In this document: positions 50,786-61,781 of the stretch, in pieces | Layout: each line of letters starts with the position of its first letter | How positions within the stretch are numbered: position 1 is the first letter of the stretch | From: Rhizophagus irregularis | Lineage: Eukaryota | Reading direction: 5' to 3' | Assembly: GCF_026210795.1 (NCBI RefSeq) | Contig: NC_089429.1 | Coordinates: 3,286,001-3,350,000 of the forward strand | DNA length: 64,000 nt | The notes under the pieces: generated by a model | The model's database searches: none | What the model was told of the DNA's origin: nothing | Seen by the model: the letters and a program-made list of their open reading frames with translations, nothing else | Position numbers and translations under genes: made by a program

Positions 50786-52604
50786 AGTGGATCTGTTAAG
50801 CAAGGTATGAAAATAGGATATACGCGTATTTTTCATATTTTTCTTTACAATAGTGGTTTGAGTCTTTCTTTGTGGTATAAGTGTGAATATATTTTTCAAC
50901 GGCCATGTATCTATTGCTTGTTAAATATATTTGCAATTTCTTGTCTTTCTTTGTTAGACTGTGGTATTACAATATGAAGTGTGAATATATTTTTCAACGG
51001 CCATGTATCTATTGCTTGTTAAATATATTTGCAATTTCTTTTGTAATATTTGCTTTAGCCTGGAGGAAAATGTTATGAAATAGGGCTGGATATTTTATGA
51101 CATTTTCTGCCTTCCAATTACTTTGTCCGGGGGTAGCCTGACAATTTGTCGTTGTCTGTCAGTTGTAGCAACCAGCATTTTTTTTACGATTTTAAGAAAC
51201 AAAACTCTTTCAAAAATTTAATAAAGAAAGAACTAACTTAAAAATATTATTTTATTATTCTTTACAAAACGCTGGCGCTGGAGTTATTTTTCTCTCACTT
51301 ATCAAATCCCAACATGTCCAAAGAATCATGTAGTACGCTGTGGTCTGGAACCACCCAAGATTTTTGACTACCTAGGGATGAAGTTGTAGGGTACTTGTAC
51401 CCGATAGGCTAGCCTCCTCTGACTTAGGGTCTCATTAATCGGGAGACGAGGTAGTTCCTAAGTACCTTCCACATCAAGGGCGGACATTTTTTGATACTGT
51501 GCGTCAAGGTGGTAATCCTATATCTGCGAATTCAAGAAAAAAAACTCTAAATCAAAAGAATTTGGAAGCAACACATATCAAGGTAATCTAAGCATTCTTT
51601 TTAAAAAAATTTAATCAAAAATTAATTTGGTTTATATATAGTAAACTCAAGAAAAAGAAGATCTAATCAGAAGAATATGAGAGTAACGCACATCAAGGTA
51701 ATTTAAATATTTATTTTTTTTTATTTATTAAAGAAAAATAATTAACAAGATCTATTTTCTCTTTAAACAGCAAACTTCAAAAAAGAGGTGAAATAAATAC
51801 AAAGGTATATTTTTTACTAATTTTTATTTATATTATACACTTCTTTTCTTTTTTTCTAACTTACTAACGTTTGTTTTTACTAATATATTTTACTACTAAA
51901 CATACTAATAACATTTTCTATTACTAACCATTTTTTACTAACATTTTTTTAATACTATTCTTTTTCTTTTACGAATACATTATTCATACTAATATCTTTA
52001 TTACTAAAATACTATTTCTTTCTTTTAAATATTAAACAGATAAAAATAAGCGCCATTTGTAGATAACAGATATCTAATTATTTATATAGCTATATAGAAT
52101 AATATATTTTTTTGTAATTTTTTTTATTATTAATTAAAAAACAATAAAACTTTTAGTTTAATTGAAAATAATAATAAAATTTGTGTAATAAAATTTTACT
52201 TTAGCCCGAATTAAAATTAAAAATTAATCTGAAATTATAATTTTGCCCAGATTAAATTATAATATTATATGAAAAAATTATCTATCGTATTGTCAGATAA
52301 ATGTACGATATGTATCCTATATTTACCCGATATCTATATAACATGTGTCTGATATTATACTGACCAATATCTATATGATATTTATATGACATGTATAAGA
52401 TATGTGCCCGATATTATACTACCCGATATATGTGTAATATGTGCACGATATCTATAATATATATCACCGAACTTCTGCATAAACATTACAGATATCAGGT
52501 ACCCGATATGTGTGTAATTGTTGCATATCGTATACATATCATATACATATCCTACATATATCTGGTACCCGATATGCAACCGATAGCCTCGATTTTGACC
52601 TGTG
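50786..52604 (+). repeat. Right-terminal segment of a related CACTA element (ends gattttgacctgtg), duplicated at 52605-54478 and partly at 62963-64000
   Basis: Three copies of the agtgga(g)ctgttaagcaaggtatgaaaatagg... block. The first ends in a CACAGG-type TIR with subterminal repeats at 52280-52604. Confidence 0.8.
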
Positions 52605-54484
52605 AGTGGAGCTGTTAATAAGCAAGGTATGAAAATAGGATATACACGTATTTTTCATATTTTTCTTTACAATATGTTGTGGTTTGAGTCTTTCTTTGTG
52701 GTATAAGTGTGAATATATTTTTCAACAGCCATGTATCTATTACTTGTTAAATATATTTGCAATTTCTTGTCTTTCTTTGTTAGACTGTGGTATTACAATA
52801 TGAAGTGTGAATATATTTTTCAACGGCCATGTATCTATTGCTTGTTAAATATATTTGCAATTTCTTTTGTAATATTTGCTTTAGCCTGGAGGAAAATGTT
52901 ATGAAATAGGGCTGGATATTTTATGACATTTTCTGCCTTCCAATTACTTTGTCCGGGGTAGCCTGACAATTTGGCATTGTCCATCAGTTGTAGCAACCAG
53001 CATTTTTTTACAATATTATGATTTTAAGAAACAAAACTTTTTCAAAAATTTAATAAAGAAAGAACTAACTTAAAAATATTATTTTATTATTCTTTACAAA
53101 ACGCTGGCGCTGGAGTTATTTTTTCTCTCACTTATCAAATCCCAACATGTCCAAAGACTAATCATGTAGTACGCTGTGGTCTGGAACACCCGAGGTTTTT
53201 GACTACCTAGGGATGAAGTTGTAGGGTACTCCTGTCCGATAGGCTAGCCTCCTCTGACTTAGGGTCTCATTAATCGGGAGAAGAGGTGGTTCCTAAGTAC
53301 CTTCCACATCAAGAGCGAACATTTTTTGATACTGTGCATCAAGGCGGTAATCCTATATCTGCGAATTCAAGAAAAAAAAATCTAAATCAAAAGAATTTGG
53401 AACCAACACATGTCAAGGTAATTTAAGCATTCTTTTTAAGAAAATTTAATCAAAGATTAATTTGGTTTATATACAGTAAACCCAAGGAAAAAGAAGATAT
53501 AATGTATTTTCAGAAGAATATGATAGTAACGCATATCAAGGTAACTTAAATATTTATTTTTTATTTTATTAAAAAAAATATAATAACAAGATCTATTTTC
53601 TCTTTAAATAGCAAACTTCGAAAAAAGAGGTGGAATAAAACTGGAATAAATATAAAGGTATATTTTTTACTAATTTTTATTTATATTATTAATATTTTTT
53701 TTAATACTCTTTCTTTTTTCTAATCTAACGTTTGTTTCTACTAATACTACTAAACATACTAACATTTTCTATCCATTTTATTTTTCTTTTTTTTTACTAA
53801 CATTTTCTAATACCATTCCTTTTCTTTAACAATTTTGTTTAACATTATTCATACTAATATCTTTATTACTAAAATACTTTACTATTTCTATTTCTTTCTT
53901 TTAAATATTAAACAGATAAAAATATGCAGCAAATAAGTGAACACATTATTTTACACATAATTCTAATTTTTTATACAGCTAAAATAATTTTTATGATTTT
54001 TTGTAATTTTATTTATTTGTAATTAATTAACAATTAAATAAATAAATTAATATTATAATTGAATTTAAATTATAAATTTATTAGCATTCATATTATTGCA
54101 TTAAATAAATATTATTTTTGATATGCGTTCAATAATAAAATCAGTAAATTATAGCTATTAGCCTATTAAGCCTATTAGGTATACTTCGGACATGTATATC
54201 GGCACTATCTGATAAATGTACGATATCTATCCGATATTTTACTATAATATATCGGGTATCTGATAAATCTATGATATGTGACTGATATTTGACTACCCGA
54301 TATGTATAAGATATGTACATGATGTTTACAATATATGTCACCGATTTTCTACATTTCTACTACACTTATCGGGCACCCGATATATGTAGTATTGTTAAAT
54401 ATCATACACATATATCACATATATTGCACACATATCAGGTACCCGATATGTATCTAATAACCTTGATTTTGACCAGTGATATTA

Positions 54485-54683
54485 CCCTGTAAAAAATCTG
54501 ATCCGTGTTTTATCTTTCCATGTTTTTTCCGTGAATGTATCATTTTCATGGAATTAATAGCCTTAAATCATGGAAATTTTCATCTCGCTAACACGGATAT
54601 CCGTGAATGTATCATTTTCACGGAATTTTTACGGAAGACACGGAGAAATAATGGAAATATTTGGATAAAAATTTTTTATAGGG
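54485..54683. mobile_element. PIF/Harbinger (Tourist-like) MITE, TTA TSD
   Basis: tta|ccctgtaaaaaat...attttttataggg|tta; absent at the paralogous site ~49722. Confidence 0.88.
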
Positions 54684-55667
54684 TTACTGATTCGTTAAAT
54701 TTATATTTACATTTTTTCTTTATATTTAGACAGGTTATGCAATGCGTACCTGCATCTGAGAGTAAATCGACAAATGTATAGGTATAGGGAATGATGCTGT
54801 CATCATTCCCGAAGCAGTAGCAGCAGTAGCAGTAGCAGCAGCAGCGATCAGAGGAGAAGAAGAAGAAATAGAAGAAGAAGAAATAGGAATTAAGGTAAAT
54901 ACTATATATCACTAAAGGTTTATTTTCATTCATATTTTTTATTTTTTAATTTTTTATGCATAAAACTATAATCTTATTCCATGAATTTTGCAAAAAATAG
55001 ACCTTCTCTTTCTTTCATTTTCCCTTTTCTTTTCTTTCCTTCCTTTCCCCTTCCCCTTCTCCTTCACTTTCATTTTCCTCTTTACCTTTTGTTCTCCCTT
55101 TCCCCTTCCCCTTCCCTTTCGTTTTCCTTTTTACCTTTCATTCTTTCCTTTCCCTTCCCCTTCCCTTTCATTTTCCCCTTCTCCTTCCCTCCCTTTCCCT
55201 TTCCCTTTCCCTCACTAGAATCATCATTTTTAATCTTTTATTTTAGTTTATTATTTTTATTATATTTTTTATTATAATAATAAATAATATTCTTATATTT
55301 TTTTTTTTTTTTTTTTAATGATCTATATATGCTTTATTGATATTAAGTTTATATACCATACAAACAAATTATCATGAGCTATATCCATCCAGTAGGATGC
55401 GATCATCAAAATGCTATCAAAATAAATAAAATAAAATAAAATAAAATAAAGAATAAAAATAAAAGTAAAAGTAAAACAACAATAAATATAAAGTAAATTA
55501 TATATAAATATAGAAAACTAAATTTAAAAGTACAAAATAAAATAAAATAAAATAAAATAGGAATAAAAGATTAAATATTAAAAATTAAATAATACAATTT
55601 AGAATATGCTTTAAAATTGATTAAATAATCCCAAAATAAATTCACAATAAATTCCCAATAGGCTTAG

Positions 55668-58600
55668 TCATATTGTTTTTAAGTCTATCACAACATTGTT
55701 AATAATTTTTTTTGTTTTCTTATAAGCCCAACTGTACCACCAATTGTTACTAATTAACAAGCACATTTGATCATGTGCTTTTTTTCCCACCCTATGGAAC
55801 TTTGATAAAATGGGATTTTCATTTAATGAAGTTTCTGACTGCACTGACTTCTGTTCAATTGGAATATCATCTAGTACTACAATCTGATCTTCCTGTGAAT
55901 CTATTAAATTGTTCTCTTTTAGGTATTGTTTATCCTGTCTTAGATGTTTAGAATTTTGATGTGAGGATTTGTAATAGCGATCCATATTTTCAAATCTATT
56001 CAGTTTATCTTTTCTTCCAATATTTCTTGCCTTTTCCCATACCACAGTAGCATTACATCTTGGTAGCAAATTAATTCTTTAAAATGAATAATAAATGAGT
56101 CTAAAAGGGAGGCCAGAAGTAAAATGTTTTTTGATTCTGATAATCCAAATGTCTGTTTTGAAATTTTGGAAAAATTAGTGTTAATTTTAACTTCTAAAGC
56201 CAGTAAGCAGAAGTCAATGAACTTATTGTTATCATGTTGTGATCCTAGTATTTGACTTAATTTTTCACTTATAATCTTGGATGTGTTCTCTGGTGAATCA
56301 TTTAATTTTTGAATTATAGGAACTAAATCATCTTGCATTTTGTTTTTAATTATAGGCCATAGTTTCTTATTAGCATCACATTCAATAAAATGATATCTGC
56401 TTTCTTCTTTGTTAGCATTACATCTTGGACAAACAAAATCCTTGTATATATTTGGCTTTCTTTGGAGTAGGATAGTACCTATAGAAAGAAGTTTAGCAAA
56501 TAATTTAGTAATAAATATTAGATGCCAATGCTTTTTAACTGAAATACAGTTGAATCCTTTATATCTATGAATTAAATTCCAAGTTATGTTCCAGTCAATT
56601 GGTGTTTCATATTCATTTGTTTTAAGTATTGACCATTCTGCTGCCACTCTAGTATTCATTAGGGTCTTAATAAACTTCCTTAAATTATATTCAATTGGTA
56701 TCTGTTTGAAAATTGGGAAAAATCTAACTGTTCTATTACTATAATTAAATCTGTTGTTGAAATAATGGTTGCTATTGCCTGTGCTCTTGGTTAATTCATC
56801 TGCCATTTCATTCATAGCATCTCCACTATGTCCCTTAACTTTCTCTAATATCAGTTCCATCTTTTTTTCTTGTAAAAGAATGTTAATTTTAAGTAGGATT
56901 AATAAGGAATTTGTTTGCTTCAATAATTTCCTGCCCGATTTATTATGATGATTATTGATCATGCAAATGGCATTTTGACTATCTGTGTAGATCTTGATTA
57001 TTGCATTCATTGGGCTGTGAGTAGTGCCATAAAAATTGCCACCAATTCCGATCTTGTGGATGAAGGCCATAGCGATAAATTTGCTTGGGCTGATAGGAGT
57101 GGTTCATTATTGACACAAAATGTTGCACCCATATTTGTATATACTAAGTTGGGATTTTGTTTACCCATTGTTGTGGGAGTGCTTGGTGTGAGTGATCCAT
57201 CTGTGTAGTATTCTACTAATGATTTCTCTGCCAGTATATTTCTAATATCCATTAATCGCGATTTCAGTTTGTTATCTTCTATCCACCTATGAATCCATAT
57301 GTCTTGAACCGATGATAGGATGATTATGGGATCTAGTGCTGATAATGGTAGGTTATTGTTGGGGTTGATGCGTCCAATTGGTTTGAATTTATCCATTCAT
57401 AAGGGAAATTCCATCCCTGTTTATTAGGGACTTTATCTAATATCGCCACCTTGCAACATTCAGCCGTAATAGATCTTCCCATGTTCTGCCATTTAATGAT
57501 TCTATTATCATTGTATTCTGGACGATAGTTCACTAAAATCCCTTTTTTATGGTGGCGTATTTTATTAACTTTACCTATTGTCCATACATCTGATTCTGCC
57601 GATGATTCCCGTATAAAAATAGCTTATTTTCGGCGTGCATCTGGTATGATATCTTGTAAAAAGGGCCAATGGTTAACTTTGGTAATCTCTAGTTCATTTG
57701 ATACTGTTAGATTATCTATTTTGGATGTGCATAAATGAGCCACATCACAGTACCATCTAGCTGTTCTTCCTTGTACCAGAAGTAATGCTAATCTACGGTA
57801 TTGTTTCCATGTCATAAGATATGTTTCCCTAATAAATAATTGATCAATGTAAAATATTGGGTAATGTGCGCTTTGGTTGATTCTATATACACTACCCTTC
57901 CAAAAGTATCCGATTAACCAATAAAGATCATATTTTATTAATAATAATTAACATTTAGTTGGCCATCCATTGTTTTTAATGCATGCTTCAATTCGGCGTG
58001 GCATGCTCTCAATTAAATTAATGTAAGTTTCAGATGGAATTCTTTCCCACTCTTCTTTTAGCTGTTATAAATCCAGTCGTGTCCTAAAATTTCCAAAAAG
58101 TACTGTTACAGACACAATTGTTTGATACAAAAATTTTAATACTGATAGCTTCATGTCCTTTCCAAAGGCCAGTAATTTGCCCACGCTCACTCAATTCACT
58201 AGTTTTTCCATTTTAAAAGTAGCTGAATGGCGCAGTAACAAAAAAAAAGCAAAGTTCAGCGTTGGCAAAATTGAGGCGTTATTATTTTTTATTGCCAAAT
58301 CTGGTACAAGTATCGTAACACAATAAAAATACATTCATTTTAATCGTTAGAACCAGGGGAATTGTTTTTTTTGAAATAAAATAATACTTTATATATTCAA
58401 TCTTGAGAAAATCAAGTTGAGCTTGGTCGGATACTTTTGGGAGGGTAGTGTATGTATTTCGTAAGCTGAAACTGTTTAAAAAATTTCAGTATTAGCTCTT
58501 TCCCTCCTGTAATGCTCCAATTTGATTTGTCAATCGGATCTACTGCCATTGACATATCAAGCGTTTTTGTTATTACCAAAGCGTTAAATGAAACGTTTTT

Positions 58601-61600
58601 TCGAGTTTGTGGTTTTATCCAGTGCATTACATTAAGATCACAGTCAAAAATCGGATCAGTAATGAGTGATTTAAGCTGCGCGTCCCTAAGTCTGATTTGT
58701 GTTGATGTCGCCGCGTGTGAATCACTATTTAATCTAATCGTTAGATCCGTTATATTGTTAATGCAATAGTGTTTCCATGGATGATCCATACCGAATCCTC
58801 CTTCATGAAATAATAACGATGATGGTGTATTTTTAGGTAGTTTCAACCAGTTTTTTACTAACTTTATTATCGGGGCGAATACTTGGTTCCAATCATGTTC
58901 TGTCAATATCATGATTTGAGCTATATATATTAATCTGGGTATCAACACTCTATTAATTAAATATATACATTGGCCCGCTGGAACAAATTTCCTTCGGACT
59001 GTATTACAAAATTCATTGACTATTGTGGACAGACGTTGCATCCATCGTCGTCTGCTTGGTTTGTTAGAGAACCAAACACCGAGATATCTTATTTCATCAT
59101 TCGTGGCTTGAATTATTGAACGGTCCCTACCCAGTTCTATGTTTTGTTCTTGCTTTTCCACTGTCGGATTGATAATTATTAGCTCTGACTTTTTGGCGTT
59201 GATATCAATGTCATTAATCAAGTAAAACTCATTCGCTATATCCACTATCTCTTGCATCCTATACTTTGACGATTCTAGAAATATCGTATCATTCATGTAC
59301 GTACATATGGGGACCTGGAGTTTGTATTGTGTCCACGTGTTAGGATCATTTATATCGTTCGGCCAAATAAGTTTCATTTTATATCCGCTGTTTTTGGTTT
59401 GTTGTATTGCTACCAAAAGCGGGTCATAAAAAATTCGCCAAAGTAATAGTAAAAGCGCGTCACCCTGGTCTATCCCGTCATTTCTAATGAATCCATCTCT
59501 TAAACTATAAGCTGTAGTTATTCTAAGGGATCTATGATCAAAAAGGGCTATAATCCATTCAGCCATTGTTGCCAGAATGTCAATACGAAGCAAAGCTCGC
59601 TTCAGAACATCTAATCCCACAGAATCGAATGCTTTTTTCATATCCTGTGTAAGGACCCATAATTTCTTTTTGTTCTCCCTGGCGTCCTCAATAAAATTGT
59701 TAACTAAGTGTATCAGTTCATTTGTGCATTCTCTGGGTAAACCGCAACAGTTGTATCCCTGTAGTACACTGTGTTGTTTCAAGATGGAACTCAACCTGTT
59801 TGTGATCATCTTTGTTATAGTTTTCCGAAAACAATCTAACAAAGCAATAGGTCGAGTGTTCATTATGTTGTATTCAAAATTGGTGGGTTTGGATATGGGG
59901 AGAATAACCGATGTTTTCCATGCCATAGGTATTAGTCCAGTTTGTAGTGTAAGGTTTCCAAATTTGATCAATAGGAGAATTAATTCCTCAGGTAGTTGTT
60001 TAATGATTTTGTAATTTATACCGGACAACCCTGCAGCTGATTTTTTATTCAGTTCTATAACTGTGTTGTTCCATTCTTCTATTGTGATCTTTTCTGCTAT
60101 AGATTCCATTACTTCTTTGAATTTACCCGTGGGTTCATAAATATGTTGCCATTGCTAAGACATTGTGTTCAGTCGTGTGTTTCGTTTCCTAAACATGCTC
60201 GTGAAGCTATCGTCCACTGCTTTCTTAACTTCTACCGGATCTGTTGCCAGTCTCTTAGTCGAGCTTTTTAGTTCATCGTCTACTAAAGCCTTGTTTATTA
60301 CTATTTTATTGTGAGTGTTTCTATCTAATATACTGGACAACCATGTTGTTTGGTCATTTCACGTAATTTCTACTCGCCTGTCTAACCTGTCTTTAATGGA
60401 TTTCGCTTCTGTGGCTTTAAACTTCTTGTAATCTATTATTAGTCGGTAATTCACTTTTGATTTAAGAGTATCAAACCAATTTTTCGAAAAAATATCTTGT
60501 GATGATATGTTACACTTATTACTGTCATCGGTTGATGTAACATAATCCTGATTGTATTTGGCAATTTTTCTTGTCCATCTGGATTTAGCGTCCTCCGATG
60601 CGATCATTTGTTGATTTCCGTGGTAATAATTATGCAATAGTTTGAGCAATTTATTTGTGTGGCGTTCTGGTCTCAGCTTTTTTTTGTTATAACGCTTAAA
60701 AGAATTATGAAATCTGAAGACTTTCCTAGGAAGTTCTTTATCCGCTGCATATGTGATAATCCTGTTAAGTTTATCCCAATATTTATCTATGTCTTCCTGG
60801 GAATAATCCGCGAAATTTTCTCTATCCTCAGGGACATCTTGATCAAGAGAGTTTAGTTGATTTCTAATATTAAGTCGAAACTTTTCCCACGTTTCCGTAT
60901 CAATGTTATCACAGTCATACATTACTTTAGTGTGGGCGTTACCCGTGGGTAGTTTATTATATATTGTATTTTTCCTATTATTTCGTATAAGGTCAGAAGT
61001 GTCCATGGTTATTGTAATTATGTCATGATCGCTTTGTGTGATAAACGTTGAGGGGGTAATTGAAAAATTCAATAGATTATTACTATAGATTTCAGATACC
61101 CAGATTTGGTCTATTCTCGTGCTGACACTTTCTTTATGATAAGTGTTCCCTAATGCTTCTTTATTAAGTTTCCTATATGAATCTATAAGTCCTAATACTT
61201 CAAGATCATTAAAAAATTTGGGTCTAGAGATGTGTAGTGGGGGAGTACGATCGATATAACCATTTGAAATCATATTAAAGTCACCTAATAATATATGTAC
61301 TACGTTTTTTGATTTTTTTCGCATAGCTTTATCACACATTTCTTTCTTAAGTTTCTCCAGAGTGTCATGAAGAATGGTTATGTTTTGTAGTGCCACGTAA
61401 ATAATCCATATACAAAATATAACATTTCTAAATAAAAAGTACACTGAGAGTAAATATGATGAATGAATTTTGTGTCCTTGGTAGTGTTTGTTCCATTTCT
61501 GTGAACATATTAGCGCTACTCCTGATCCTTTTTGTTTGTTATGCTGTTTATTTGACCAATATATATGGAATTGATCCTTAAAACTGTTGGGCATTTTGAA

Positions 61601-61781
61601 AAAACTGTTCTTTTGGTCTAAGTTAGTTTCATTTAAGGCCAATATGTCCACCTGACTTTCTAACATCCAATTCAGTAATCCATAAAGTTTTGCATTGTCC
61701 CTTGCCAATCCGTTGATGTTGTGAGTTCCGATATGGAGTGTAAGGTATAACGCGTCTAAATCTATTTTTTTTGTTCCTCAT
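55668..61781 (-). pseudogene. LINE ORF2 pseudogene
   Basis: EN: IGTHNINGL, LNETNL, GSGVA, LGDFN, TRIDQI, SDH. RT: RPIALL, QDMKKAFDSV, GIDQGD, YMND (expected YxDD), RYLG. RNase H: YYTDGS, SSTRSELVAI, YTDSQ, KVKGHSG..NEMAD. C-terminal CPRC..H..C. Several frameshifts and stops. Confidence 0.92.
57890..58450 (-). mobile_element. Internally deleted Tc1-family transposon inserted in LINE ORF2, TA TSD
   Basis: ta|cactacccttccaaaagtatccga...tcggatacttttgggagggtagtg|ta. Retains Tc1 N-terminal (KTSELSERGQITGL) and C-terminal (EEWERIP..NLIESMPRRIEACIKNNGWPTK) remnants. Confidence 0.92.

Larger units (their letters stand above)
33518..54478. mobile_element. Complete CACTA/EnSpm-type element (element A, 21 kb including the nested Gypsy), 3-bp TSD ATA
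   Basis: ata|cactggtcaaaat...attttgaccagtg|ata. Empty site ctttgtatATAttactg at ~49711-49727. Subterminal atatcgggtacccgatat palindromes at both ends. Confidence 0.92.
32922..54893 (+). pseudogene. Myb/SANT-like gene of element C, frameshifted and split by element A
   Basis: Exons 1-4 at 32922-33480 and last exon at ~54730-54893 match 49117-49930. 10-bp deletion in exon 1. Confidence 0.8.
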
